From contig JBHGNT010000013.1 in assembly GCA_043228905.1 (NCBI GenBank), forward strand, positions 6,944,001 through 7,008,000: DNA of 64,000 nt. The letters are read 5' to 3'. Position 1 is the first letter of the stretch, and each line of letters starts with the position of its first letter. Both the position numbers and the translations under genes were made by a program. The notes under the pieces are model-generated. The model saw nothing but the letters and a program-made list of their open reading frames with translations. It was not told the origin of the DNA and did not search any database. Shown one piece after another: positions 12,428 to 25,700 of this stretch. The DNA is from Azolla caroliniana (taxonomy: Eukaryota > Plantae > Polypodiophyta).

Positions 12428-13112
12428 TGAAGGGACTTGACGCTATCAAATCTTTCGCCTCTCGGCCACAACCGAGACAACACGGATCAATGCAGCAGAA
12501 AATGGGAGAAAAAAAAAAAAAACACAGAGAGACGAATACACAGGGTATAACGTGGAAAACCCTAAACGGGAAAAACCACGGGAGTGCACGACTCCAACTA
12601 TCACTATACACTGGAATATACAATGGCGAGCTGCAAGGCAACGACCTTGAGCTCGCTGTCCTCGCCACAGGCGGCGGTATTACACAGAGGCGTCGACCTC
12701 TTCGTTTCTATCTCTCTCTCTCGGCTGCTCTCACTTCTCATGAAAAATAAGCAACAACATTATAACTGTTTGCCCTAAGTCATATTTATACATATATGAC
12801 TTTCGGGATATTTACAAATATAGCCTCAAGGGCTCTTAGCAAACATATTCACAAATATGTCCCTGCATCCGGATCCGCATCCGGGTACTCTTCATCCGGC
12901 TTCATGCCGGGTACTCTTCATCATCCGGATCCGTATCCGGGTACTCTTCATCCGGCTTCATGCCGGGTACTCTTCATCATCCGGATCCGCATCCGGGTAC
13001 TCTTCATCCGGCTTCATGCCGGGTACTCTTCATCATCCGGTTCCGTAACCGCAACCGGGCTTGCCGTCATTCATCTCCGGACATCCCATCCGGAGGGACC
13101 GTAATCCCAACA
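12428..13112 (-). repeat. 5' LTR of copia C
   Basis: Followed on the minus strand by PBS TGGTATCAGAGC at 12413-12424. Confidence 0.97.
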
Positions 13113-15504
13113 CTGAAGAACACGCCCAACCGAACAAAAAACGACAACTCAATTGCGAGTCCACGATGGAAACCGAAGGGCCCCAAAACCCGAAAGAAAA
13201 AGTAGTCAGCCAGAGCTCCCTGGCAATAGTCCCAATCGAGGCATCACTCCAGGGCAAGATCGAGCATGGACAAACAACTCAGATATTCGAGGATGAAGTC
13301 CTAGGCTACAAAGACCTCCCCGCGTAGGCATATGAATTCAATGCGCTACTTCGACTCGACACAACATTCGAGCTGATGGATTTCCTCGCACATGCCCAAG
13401 TAGTGGCCGTAGTCTCATGGCTAAAGAACACGCCGAATCAAAGATGATTCAACGCACTTTAATGGGAGAACTCGAACCTAAAGAGGATCGAGCCCTACAA
13501 AAGACCGGGAGAAAGAAGCAGGCTAAAAACGCTGCTCTTCTCATGGAGGTACCTGAGCTCAACACCGCCTTAATAGAGGCATATCGCGACCTCGACCACA
13601 CCACTCGGGCCACCATGGACTTGGCCCGACGCATCAAGACGACCCAACAATGGGCTAAATGGGCTACCGAACTATGGCAAGCCGCAGAACTAAGGCTGGC
13701 GTCATTAGAGCAACAATTGCAACAACAACGACCCTTGAGCCTCCCTGCCACGATTAACGAGGCCTTGCCAACCGCTTCCCCAAAACCGAGCTTGAGTGCT
13801 TCTACCCCCAGCGATGGCGACCCAACTCACCATAGGGTAGCCACGGCCAAAACTAGCACAATGACAGACTCGATACAGACAATCGAGGCAGCATCACCAC
13901 ACCCCCAAACCAACCACGCCCCAACCCAAACAGAGACCCCCCCTGGCAAGGCCACCACCGACACATTTCCAAAAGCGGACAAGGCACCAATACTCCACAC
14001 CAGCCACGGCTCCACGCCCCCACTTCCACCGCATGTCGTCATGGAGCAATTTTCCCAGACGGACACCACATCACTTCCTCAAACAACGTAGGCGGCAACA
14101 CAAACAAGGCCTACACTCCGGGACTACCGAGCAGAACTAAAGGTCGAAATTGCGCGGTTCGAGCGTTTGGAAAAATGGCACAAGGAAGCTATGGGCCGCC
14201 TAAGGGAACAAGCCACAAGCCGGGAAGACGAGCTCAAGGCCGTAATCGCACACGCCGAGCTTATGGCACAACAATACAACACGAGTCGAGAAGCCGAACT
14301 AGCGCACAAAACGGAGGAACACACGGTTGCCTTAAAGCAAAAGAGAAAGAGTTATTGGACCTTCAGGTCGCTCTCACCGACGCCAAAGAACGTATCCTCC
14401 GAGAAGAAGAAAGAAATCGCCAAAGGGAGCAAGAACAGTTCGCCGAAAACAAGGAGATTCGGAGGCAATGCGGGGAATGGGAAGAAAGGGCCAATGAAGT
14501 CATGCTTAAGTGGCGGATTGTTGACGAGCAAAAGGAGCAACTTTCAGACTCTTATAACAAATTACAAGAGGAAAGTATCATCGCGAGAGAATGACTACAG
14601 AACGAATGAACAAAGGAAGAGGAGGAAGCTACAACATGGCTCACCAAACACTACGAGCAGACTATTGTGCTTGTGACCACGAAAGCAAAGAATAATCAAG
14701 CCACTTGGGAGCTCCTTATTGCAAAGTACCAAGCTGACGCCAAAAGCGCAAAGGAAGAATTGGAAACGAAACAAGCACAACCCGGCATGGACGATATGTG
14801 CATACGAATTCTGATCGATAAACAACGCCAACACCTCACCAAAAAGGTGGAGGAATCATTCGCCCGCATAGGCGAAGAATGGGCAGCCCAAGCTGTCGAG
14901 CTACACATCTTACGCGCCGACGCCGAGAACCGACAGAATGAGGGACGAGGATTTTACAAGATGGATGAAGCCAGTATCCAGACCCTCTGTGCAGACTTAA
15001 CCGAGGATTATCATACATTGGTGAAATCCCACACCGCAGTGATCGAGCAATTGCTGGAAGACTTCATCGATGATCAGATGATGTTTCGATTGGAAGCCGA
15101 AGCATATGAACAAGAGCGACTCGTGGCTATACAGACCAGCCCCCCCACGCCTACAGAGCAGAACGACGAACCCTCAAATGAGGACACCACAGATGCCAGA
15201 CAGAAGGAACCCGCCCCTGTAGAGCGACCACCCGAGCCTACCAACATGCCCCCGACCATGCCTGACCCGGTAGCAATAGAGGACAGATCGCTCGGAGACA
15301 CAAAACCCCCGACATCAACAATTCAACCCCCATCACCAATACCACAACCGGAGCAACCTGCCCACACCCCCGACCCCGAGAACATTCTCGACATCGTAGA
15401 AGAGGAGTAGCACGGAAGTTACACCTGCTTGTCTTAAGAGGCAACTTTGTAAAATTTTGTTTTGTTGCAAACTCATTTTGTTACCACAGGTACTCTTTTG
15501 TAAA

Positions 15505-15546
15505 TCGTGGGTCTGACGGACAAAGTCCTGTCCAACGGGCGTGCCA
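15505..15546 (+). promoter_or_regulatory. tRNA-Arg 3'-half-like motif at the PPT position of B
   Basis: tcgtgggtctga-cggacaaagtcct-gtccaacgggcgtgcca, then gg, then the LTR. No purine tract. Confidence 0.8.
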
Positions 15547-15548
15547 GG

Positions 15549-16036
15549 TGTTGTCCATGGGACAAAAAGATAAATTAGTTAAATGTAATACGCCGGTAGG
15601 TAAGGCTAGTAGGTGAGGAAGGTAGAGTTAGGAAAACGCCAAGTTTCGAACCTCACAGTCAGCCAACGGCTCGGCTCTGTATGAAGAAAAGTATATAAAC
15701 CGAGGTCTACGTACCTCGGCAGGGGGAGATATTTAGACTATAGGCGGGGTCGTTTTCATAGTTACAAGAGCTCTGTAAGGTCACCGGCCATGAGCCGTGT
15801 TTTGTAATCATCGATAACTGTTTGCAGTAATACATATCTATTAGCTCTTATTGTTTTCGTCTGTGTTCCTTCGTTCCTACGATCTCAACTACGTATACGC
15901 CCCGGGTTATATTCCGGGTATGCTCTCCGTTCTCTTCCCCTAACGACGCCTCCATGTACAAGTCTTCACGTTATACTTCTGTTGATACCGATAGCCTGTA
16001 GGCATATCGAAGGTGTTTCCAAAGGAACGGATAACA
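15549..16036 (+). repeat. 3' LTR of element B
   Basis: Direct repeat of 625-1112, followed by TSD AATTT. Confidence 0.95.
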
Positions 16037-16041
16037 AATTT

Positions 16042-17747
16042 CTTGAAGGTATTGGTGGCCACGACTTCACCATTTTGTTACGGATTATGTTCATAGTTGT
16101 GATACATATTGCCGATCCAAAAAACCTCGACATCATCCATATGGCTTATTACAACCAATGCCTATTCCTGAGAGTCCATGGAAATCTATTTTATTGGACT
16201 TCATTACAGATCTACCACCTTCCAAGGGTTTTGATTCTATTCTCATGGTAGTAGATCGTTTTACCAAGATGACACATTTTCTTCCCTACACAAAGGCCAT
16301 TACGAGCCAAGAGATAGCCGAGTTACTCATGCGAGAGGTGTTCCAGCATCATGGTCTTCATGATGATATTATCAGTGATCGGGGTCCCTAGTTCATCTCA
16401 AAATTTTGGCGGCACATGTTCAAACTCTTACATACTTCTTGCAAACTCTCTTCCGGCTACCATCCAGAAACTAATGGATAGAGTGAGCGTACCAACCAAA
16501 TAGTAGAACAATATCTTCGTTGTTTTGTCAACTATCAACAAGATGATTGGGTTGATCTATTACATTGGGTTGATCTATTACATTTGGCAGAATTTGGTTA
16601 CAACAACTCAGAACATTCTTCTACTGGATATTCCCTATTTTTTGCAAACATTGGGTACCATCCTCGTTGGACTATGCTTGAACATCCTGAACTCCTGACA
16701 AACTCGGTTGTTGAAGATCGGCTCACCCGACTCCAAGAAGTTCAAGAGATCCTTTTGCACCATTTATGTGATGCTCAAAACACTCCAAAGAAGGTTGTCG
16801 ACCGTCACCGACGTGATTCATCGACTATGTTTCAAGTGGGAGATCGAGTATGGCTTTTACAAGGTCGCATTAAAACAACCCAACCTTGCTGCAAATTGGA
16901 TTATCAATGTTTTGGCCCAATATGTGATATCTGGTAAGATCAATGATGTGGCCTTTCGCCTTGATCTTCCCCCTCATATGCATCTTCACCCGGTCTTCCA
17001 TGTTTCACTTTTGGAGCCGTACACAACCAACTCTATTGCTGACTGTCTTACATCTCCCCCACCTCCAATCAAAGTTTCGGATGGCTCCGAATATGAAGTT
17101 GTTACCATTCTCGACTCCAAGATCATTCGCAACAAACTGTATTATTTGGTTGATTGGTTAGGATAAACACCTAATGATCGAAGATGGGAACCTCTCAAGA
17201 ATCTTGCTAATGCCTCCAAAATGGTTGTTGCGTTTCACAACAAATATCCTCATAAGCCAAGTCCAAAATCTTGTCTTCCAACTCGTGGAACTCGTCGTCG
17301 AAAAGGGGGGATAATGTCATGAAAACATACATTTTGGCCTTACAAGGATTCGAGCCCAAGACTTCTTGGTCTATATGTTAGACCTTTAACTATTATAATA
17401 ACATATATTATGTATAGTTATAATAAATGTATTATTAGTTATTACAAGATATTTAGAGTATTCTAGAACATTCTAGGATATTCCACGATTATATTAAATA
17501 TCATAAATATCTAAAATATTCTAGAACATTCTAGAATACTCCATAAGGACCTATAAATAGGTGTCTATTCATTCATCACAACTCATTCGGTTCAACACCA
17601 GTTTGTAGCCCTTTAGCCTACTCTTTGTAATCCTTGCTCTCTCTTATAATATAAACTCTCTTTCCATTTCTAGTGTTCTCTCTCTCTCTATATATATAAC
17701 TTCTGTCGTTATCTTATCTTTCTCTCTCCTATTCTCAAGTCTCGACA
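16042..17747 (+). mobile_element. Chromovirus A right fragment: integrase, chromodomain, PPT, 3' LTR
   Basis: YWWPRL...GLLQPMPIPESPW...DFITDLP...SDRG, HPVFHVSLLEP, chromodomain EYEVVTILDSK...YLVDWLG...WEP. PPT aaaagggggg at 17301-17310. Confidence 0.92.
17315..17747 (+). repeat. 3' LTR of chromovirus A
   Basis: TGTC...GACA termini directly after the PPT, TATA cctataaatag near 17550. Partner LTR is outside the window. Confidence 0.75.
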
Positions 17748-18066
17748 GGAAGTAGTTTTGGGGTTTTTTTATTTACCTCAAGCATGTACGTAATAACCCT
17801 TTTCTTGGCTATAAGCTTAATGAGAAGTGATTTGAAATTTCATCTCACACATATATATGGTATATCACCTTCTCATTGATTTAAGATATTATAAGTGTAT
17901 ATGCACTTGGTACCCTAAGTTCTTTCATGTATCTCCAAAGCCCTTCACGGGGCAACAAATATCGAAAGCCTTGTTGTGCATACATAGTAAAAGGTAAAGT
18001 AGGAATGTATTTGTGAAAGAGAACGAAGAGTTAAGTTACCATAATTGTTGACACATGCATTCACTT

Positions 18067-18215
18067 TCTCTTTGATGGAGAGAAATTGTTTGTTAACTTC
18101 TCATGTTTTTATCTCTCTTTGATGGAGAGAATTTGTTTGTTAACTTCTCATGTTTTTATCTCTCTTTGATGGAGAGAAATTGTTTGTTAACTTCTCATGT
18201 TTTTATCTCTCTTTG
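18067..18215. repeat. 47-bp tandem repeat x3
   Basis: gatggagaga...ttaacttctcatgtttttatc recurs at 18074, 18121 and 18168. Confidence 0.9.
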
Positions 18216-18309
18216 AATAAGTCTTTTGCATAAATATGAATACTTTTTATAGTTTTCCTTATATTGGATCATATCTAAAGCTATAGAGTACTTTCAAACT
18301 TCATTTCTC

Positions 18310-18790
18310 ATATTGCAAGAAGTGAATGCAACCTAAACCAAAAGATAAAAGCTAAAGGGGGCAAGCTGCAAGTTTATGAAATAAAGGAATCATGGGACAA
18401 TATAAGAAGGCAAGGTTATTAGACTTTGAAAATAGGTTAAGTACAATGTTTTAGTCCTAAGGCTACTATTGATCTCCTTGAGATCAACAAGGATAAGTGT
18501 TTGTGTAAAGGTAGAGCAATATTGTTCTACTACATATGATTTAGGCCAAACAACAACTAATTAGATTTAACCACATCTTAAGTGAATGCAACCTTCATTC
18601 TTGATATTGCAAGAAGTGAATGTAACCTAGACAGAAGACCAAAGTTAGGGGAGGCAAGATGATGAGGAATCAAGGGACAAGATGGGAAGGCAAAAAGTTT
18701 TAGTCCTCAACTACCATTGATCTCCTTGAGATCAACTTGGTTAAGTGTGGGCAATGTTGTGCTACACCATATGATTTAGGTTAAACAACC
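18310..18790. repeat. Diverged tandem duplication, period about 294 bp
   Basis: atattgcaagaagtgaatg at 18310 and 18604. attgatctccttgagatcaac occurs twice. Confidence 0.7.
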
Positions 18791-19124
18791 ACAAATTACA
18801 GCACAATGGTAGCATGAATTAGTGAAAGTGATTGAAACATTGTGTAGGCCAACATAATTACTTTCACTTTGCTCAAAATAAAACACCTCAAGTATATGTA
18901 TCAAATATAGATATGAGGACCTTAACACAACCCTTTTAACTATTTACATCAATGTCCCATACAATCAATATGTATGTCTCCATGAATAGACACACTACAA
19001 TTTAAACATTCTTTGTATATACATTGTAGCTACCCAACTCATCAATGGTGGAAAAAACTTCAAGGCCATTTGAATGCACAAATATTGTGATCGATATGTT
19101 GGAAGAATTTTGGCCATGACATTA

Positions 19125-19585
19125 TGTTGAGAATCGAGCTCAACATAGTGCAATGTGTGAACACACTTTTTGAGAATCTATGATTTCTCAAAGGTCAAGA
19201 GTCACACCACTACTCTCTACACATTAACTATGTGTCATAGAATCATATTCTATGACACATAACTAATAAGTTATATATTCCCCATGACTATGAGTCTTCA
19301 CATTCCCAAGAGAGAGTGGTTGTTGTAGTTAGTTAATGAAGAGAGAGGGTGACTATATATAAAGCACCCTCCTCATACTTCATACTAAGTCGATTGTGAC
19401 TCCTTGTTATGTTACATTTTGTAATTCTTATTCTACTTGTGCAATATACACCTTCTTGAGTATTCTATTTTCCTCTCATTTATCTATCTTGAGTTCTCTT
19501 TTCTCTCCTCTCTTTTTCACTCACACATATACGCACATAACACACATGTATTCCGTTGCACAAGAATCACCATCGATTCTTTACA
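19125..19585 (+). repeat. 5' LTR of copia F
   Basis: TGTTGAG...TTACA, repeated from 34471. Confidence 0.92.
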
Positions 19586-22238
19586 TGGTATCAGAGCGAT
19601 TTGGTAGCTCGATCTAGCCCACTCGCCTCATCGTGATCAAGTGTTGTGCTCTATGCCGACGTTCAAGAAGAACCGGCTCATCGCTATCGTAGTACCACTA
19701 CATAGCTCGTGTTCGAGAGAGAAGGAAAAGAAGAAAGGAAGCTTCATTGACAATGAATACTCAAATGGGGAGCGCTCTCCCTAGCGAGAAGCTAGATCGA
19801 AACAACTTTGCATCTTGGGAGTACAAGATGCACCAATTCCTTGTCGGCCAAGGCTATTGGGGTTACATCAAAGGAGCACAAGAAAACCGACCTGACCCGA
19901 AAGACGCGGACTATGCAACGTGGGAGCAAGCGGCAAGCCTAGCAATGCATTGCTTGGAGACATGTGTTCACAACCACATGCTCGGGTACATTCGAGAAGC
20001 CGAGACGCCAAAGGAAGTGTGGGAGAATCTACAAAAGATTTTCGTCACCAACACAACTGCGAGAAAGCTTCAACTCCGCCAAGAGTTGAACAACATCTAA
20101 CAAAGGGATATGTCCATCACAAGCTAAACCTTGAAGATAAAGGAGCTTTGCGACTCACTCAGCTCGATAAGAGTCAATGTGGACGATGATGAGATGGTGC
20201 AAATATGCCTCGGCAGCCTTGCACCACGGTTCGGCGCGATGAGGACCGTTGTACTAGCACGGGAGAATCCACCCTCATTTTTCGACCTTCAATCCGTGTT
20301 GTTGGTCAAAGAAAACCATGTTTGAACAAGGAGCAATGCCTCAGAAGGCCACATGCTTTACTCACACTCGGACAGAGGAAGAGGACGTGCGGTTGTGCAA
20401 GAAGAGGCCGATTCGGCCAAGGACGAGGCGGACGAGGCCCGGCTTACGAAAACAACTCGTAATTTTGACATCAAGACAGAAGCCATCGAGGAACCTTCGG
20501 AAGAAGGGGGAGCTTCCATTCAGGTCCGAGCCGAAAAAACTCAATCGAATGCGGATATTGCGGAAAAATCGGTCACCACGAAGAAGAGTGCCATAAGAAG
20601 ATACGCGAGTCAGCTTCCACTAGTCGACAACTAACCAATTACACTACCAATTCCGACTATGACGATCGTGGCAGAATGTTCATAATGAGACATAGAGCAA
20701 ATTCTATGTCGGCCTCTACTTCGAATAGCGCATCCAGTTTGGAAGACGTATGGTTTGTCGACTCTGCTGCCTTGAACCGTATGACGTCTCATCAAGAATG
20801 GTCCGAGAACTTCGAGAGCCTGACCGACCAAGCTATGTCGAAACCGGAGATGACACTACACATCCAATTCAACACATCGGCAATGTCCCATTCAGCAAAG
20901 AAGGTAACCAAACTTTTATTTAAAATGTCTTGCATGTACCAACCATTACAAAGAATTTGATCTCCGTCGGCCAAATTGTTGAGCAAGGGATGCAAGTATG
21001 ATTTAATCAAGGCGGTTGCTTCATCGAAAAAGAGGGCCGACTCATCGCCCGTGGACGAAGAGAGGGCCAAATGTTCATTCTTGACTCGCATGAGATGAAA
21101 TTGGCCATGTTCACAAAGGGCATGAAAGTTGATTCCGACATAGAGTTATGGCACAAGCGGATTGGCCATATCAACCTCCAAAAGCTTAAGGCAATGCAAT
21201 CGAAAGGAGTCGTCATTGGGCTCTCGACATTCACAAAGAAAGAGTTTGAAGGCGTGTGTGCCGCTTGCCAATTCGGCAAGTAACATCGGCACCCATTTAC
21301 GAAGGACCGGAATGTGGACAAAGGCGTACTCAACGTAATTCATTCTGATGTAGGGGGTCTGGCTTAGACGGATACATTCGGCGAATGCCGATACTAAGTG
21401 ACCTTCATCGACGACTTCTCCAAGCACACCTAGATCTACCCCATGCGGCAAAAGAGCTAAGTGTTTAGACACTTCCAAAAATTTAAGAATGAAGATGAGA
21501 AAGCCATGGGTCGACATGTACGATGCCTTCAATTAGATGGAGGCAAGGAATATTTCTCGGATGAGTTTACGTCGTATCTACGGAAAGAAGGAATTCGGCG
21601 AGAATTTTCATGTCGACATACGCCACAACAAAACAGAGTGGCCAAACAAAAGAATCAACACATCCTCGAAGTAGCACGGGCCATGATGAACGAAAAGCAC
21701 ATGCCGAAGTCATACTGGGCAGAAGCAGCTAACACGGCCGTATACCTCATGAATCGGTGTATGATATCAGGTGTGCACAAACTTACTACGCACGAGAAGT
21801 TTTTCGGAAAGAAGCCGAACCTATCACATGTTCGGATATTCGGCTCCATTGCGTACGTGTACATCCCCGATGAGAAGCGACAAAAGCTAGACCCGAAGTC
21901 AAAGAAATGTATCCTTGTAGGATACTCACTAGAGCAAAAGGGGTACAAGTGCTATAACCCCTCAACTCGAAAATCTCGAGTAAGTCGAGACGTCATTTTC
22001 GACGAGTCTGCATCCTGGTACGTACTAGAGACAACTCGGACTCCGATTCCGCTCGATCCGGAATACGCCGAAATAGAGATTGAAGCCTAAGATTGGAAGG
22101 CTTAGTGGACCACAAGAGCCTCGAAGCAATCAAAGCACATCTCGACTGAGTTCGAAGCTGGACAAAGGGAAGGCGAGAATGCTAGAGTATGAAGACGATC
22201 ACTTCGACGGCAACGAATCAACTCACTCCCTCAATTGT

Positions 22239-22671
22239 TGTTACCGGCTAGCAAAGGAGTCCAAAGTGTGAAATGGGGAGTTATTTAATTAGTAGGAATG
22301 GTTGTAAGTAAGCTATGAGTGTGGACGGACGGACTGGAAGCAGTATGCCGTTCCGGATCTGGACCGATCCCGAACAAGTGCGGATGGCACCATTTTGTAA
22401 TACAGACCGGAAACCTATTTAAAGGCCCGGATACAATGTAATGAACAACGGTTAATTAATAAAGCTTAGTGTTGTTCTCTCTGTGTGTTAATTGTCGTTC
22501 TGCATTCATTGTTATATCTTACGCGTGTGATTATTAAAGACGATCATGCTAAGTAACCTAATTAAGTCGGATTAATCGTTGAGTCTAATCCTGTTGCTGT
22601 AACACCCCTTTGGTGAAGTGTCTTCCGTAGACACCCTGTGTTGGGCCATTGTCCGGCCCTAAGAGTTAACA
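22239..22671 (+). repeat. 5' LTR of element E
   Basis: Direct repeat of 32228-32660. Confidence 0.96.
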
Positions 22672-22678
22672 CAATTTT

Positions 22679-22689
22679 TGGCGACCACG
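22679..22689 (+). promoter_or_regulatory. PBS of E (TGGCGACCACG, tRNA-Arg(UCG)-like)
   Basis: 7 nt after the 5' LTR. Complementary to the recalled ...GUGGUCGCCA tRNA-Arg end. Confidence 0.7.
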
Positions 22690-22724
22690 ATTCCTGTTTT
22701 TGCAGCGAACGACGGCACGGATGG

Positions 22725-25700
22725 ATGACTAGATCAACGCACGACCTGGTTACAGATCGAACTCGACGCCTTGCCGAAAGGCAAAGGAGACGTGAGGCTT
22801 TCCAGCAAGTAGCGCAGGAAATTAGAGCGGATCGCTCGTTTTCCAACGTAATCCGAAGAGTAGCGGAGGACTCCCTCTGGTTACAGCAAACATCGCACCC
22901 GGACGACGGCAGCAGCCTAAGCAGCCTCCGGGAAACCGAATCCCTTCTCCAGGCGTTGGCAAACGGAGAAGGCAAAGTAGAAGCCTTTTCAGCGTATGAA
23001 TCGGACTCCGAAGGGGAATACAGCGTGCACACGAACTACCGTAGCAATAACGAAACCCCGGGCGGACCGGAGGACGAAGGATCGGATACCTTACCGACAC
23101 CGGAACCGAAAGTGCTAACGCTGGAACCTCTGGAACCAGCAGAGGAAGAGCGACCTCCGACACCGGAAGTCGAAGAGGAGAGGCCTCCGTCACCAAAAGA
23201 AGAGGAAAGAACACCGACGCCGGAAACAAATCGGGAAAGACCACCGACACCGGAGAAAATCCCGGTACGAGCACCAACACTGCCAGCCTACGCACCGATA
23301 CCGGACGACGACATGCCGTTCCAGTACTCCAAGTATAGAGATGATCCGGACGCAGAAGCTCATATGCACGCCTTTGAACAGACATGGGAAGCCAACCATG
23401 TGTCCCAGCGATTGACCCCGGATGAAGAGGAACGCTCTAAGATAGCGGAATTTGGCGTCACATTGGAGGGACCGGTAGCAAGATGGCGCCGGACACAGGA
23501 CCCGTCTACCATGAACACCTTTGCAGACTTAAAAGCTAAATTCTTGCATTTTTTCCAAAAGGAGGTGGACTAAACCGTAATGGTAGGCTTATTTTATACC
23601 ATCTGACAGGAGGCAGGGGAGAGCATTCCCCAGTTTGTCATCCGGTCTCAACGGATGCATAGTCAGCTTGCCCGCGCACCCCCGGAGGAGGAATTACGGA
23701 CTATATTCCTAAATGCGCTCCGGGAACCCCTACGCACGATTTGCACGGTAATTGACTTCCGCACAAGTACCATCGACCAGGTCATTGACCGGGTGAGAGA
23801 GATGGAAAAGACAAGCTCCTGGCTCACACTAGGAGCACTCCAACAGACGTTACCGTTCGATGAAGACCTCCGGTTTCGGCAAGCAATACAGTGCACAACC
23901 TACTTGAATTCCGGACACTTGGCTCTAGAATGCACTATGAGGATGCAATGTGTAATCTGTCAATCCAAGGGCCATACGACGGATAGGTGCGAGTATAATC
24001 TATTGAACCGGGAAACACCGCCCGTCCGACAAATTGAGCCACGCAGCAGCCAGGATGAAGAAGAGGAACGCTGGCGGCGAATGGACCGCGACCGACCGGC
24101 ACAGGATGTCCGGTATGGTGATCGACGGGAGAATGATGTCTGGTATGGTGATCGGCGGGATAACTATGACCGGCATGATCGGTATCGGGATTACAATAGA
24201 CGATACGAACATTACGACCGGGAGCACTCCCCCGGGTATCGTCAGCAACGGGAGGAATACGGCAGATATAACGGGCAACCTCGTCAAGAGTACCGCAATA
24301 AGAAGAGCTATAACAAAAAACGACATTTCAAAAAAGGCGGCTACCCATGGGATCCGGAACAAGGAGCTTTAAGCAGCCAACCGGCCCAAAACCCCGCGCG
24401 TACCACAGGACCTGCCTCGGGTACAACAGACAATGCCGAATCCAGCAATACCCGAAAAGCCTACTGCTACTACTGCCGACAAGAAGGCCATTATAGTAAT
24501 CAATGCCCGGTGAAGAGCTATGAAAAACGACCGACGGTAAATATGGTAGTCCCTGAGGTGGCAGATCTGCAGCAGGTGACCACAAGGTCGAAGGGCATGG
24601 CCAAGGAATGGGAGACGCAGGAGACCATCCGGAAGCAAGTGACGGAATGGGTGAAGAAAGAAAATGCGCAGAATGTCACAGACTTACATCGGCAAAAGGA
24701 GAACACCGTAGGGCTTGCCGGCGGCAGTCACTCCGAGAACGAGACATGGCAGGCGTTGCAAGAATGCCAAATTACGCTGCCACTAGGAAGAGTCCTACAA
24801 CTCGTGCCAAGATTCACAGAAGGACTGAAGACGGCCATGACAGCAGGAGAATCATCACCGGCACCGATACTCTTCTCAAATCTAGAGGAGGGACCAACAG
24901 TGGTGGACACCAATAGTCCGTTAATCACTGCCATTGTAAAAGGGAAAGAACTCCCCGCCACAGTTATAGACGGAGGCTCTGGGGTGAATGTAATAAGCCT
25001 CCGGACGTGTGATGCCTTAGGAATCCACGAGTGGGAACTGTGTCCGTTCTGGTTGCGGATGGCCGATACAAGCTCAGTGCGGCCGACAGGATTAATACGG
25101 AAATTAGAAGTCACCGTGGGCGGTCATACATTTTACATCTCGGCAGTAGTGCTACAATTACAGGCACAAGGCGCATACCCGTTATTGCTGGGGCGGCCGT
25201 GGTTGAAAACGGCACATATCAAACAGAATTGGAGGAAAAATATAATTACCTTCCGGCGAGGAAAAGCCAAGGTACAGGTACCAACACAGCCAAGGACGAG
25301 CACTGGCAAGGAATGTACACCGTTCTATGCAGAGTGCGTCAACATGCTAGAAGGGTTAGCTGACGAAGAAGAAGCTCAGTACTTGCAGGAAAACCCAAAG
25401 ATCATACCCCTCTTCGAAATTGACATTGCCGAAGCAGTAGCACCATACTTACAGCAACCGGAAGAGGCTGAAGCAGAACCGGATAAAGACGCAATCCGGG
25501 AGTTACGGCAAGTGCAGGAAGCGTTGGAACGGGAAATGGCCATTTCACAACGCGTAAAAGCATCGCAACTGGAAGAGGTGAACCTAGGGACCACGGACGA
25601 AGCAAAACCGGTGCACATCGCCAAGGAGATGAAGTCCGAGGACAAAACGGCGATGATCACACTTCTCACCGAATTTCATGATGTGTTCGCCTGGTCATAC

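Larger units (their letters stand above)
7625..13112 (-). mobile_element. Intact Ty1/copia element C (Tork/Tto1-like)
   Basis: LTRs 7625-8310 and 12428-13112 differ by about 3 substitutions and 1 indel. TSD CTGAA at 7620-7624 and 13113-13117. iMet PBS and PPT present. Confidence 0.97.
6730..15410 (+). pseudogene. Extra 3' ORF (ORF-X) of B, interrupted by copia C
   Basis: ORF pieces 6799-7440, 13417-14091, 14167-14594 and 14667-15410. N-terminal part is homologous to E 28895-29407 (YEGNKINW vs YEGIKVDW). Coiled-coil body, ends ENILDIVEEE*. Confidence 0.75.
625..16036 (+). mobile_element. Full-length degenerate Ty3/gypsy non-chromovirus LTR retrotransposon B with extra 3' ORF
   Basis: 488-bp LTRs at 625-1112 and 15549-16036 (TGTTG...TAACA, about 33 mismatches by manual count). 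TSD AATTT at 620-624 and 16037-16041. Domain order gag-PR-RT-RH-INT. Confidence 0.95.

Noticed and set aside
8336-12430. Numerous plus-strand ORFs overlapping copia C, and similar shadows over B, E and L
   Set aside because: Antisense or alternate-frame by-products of GC-rich coding sequence.
13417-15410. Retroviral env gene or host coiled-coil gene
   Set aside because: No signal peptide or transmembrane helix seen. It lies inside the LTR pair and is homologous between elements.
15529-15546. Self-priming or circularisation by pairing of the 3' motif with the PBS as the general explanation
   Set aside because: Complementarity exists in B but not in E, where the motif is retained.
625-16036. 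B/E read as minus-strand elements with antisense gag-pol
   Set aside because: LTR TATA-like boxes face the coding direction, and the left internal end has a PBS rather than a reverse PPT.
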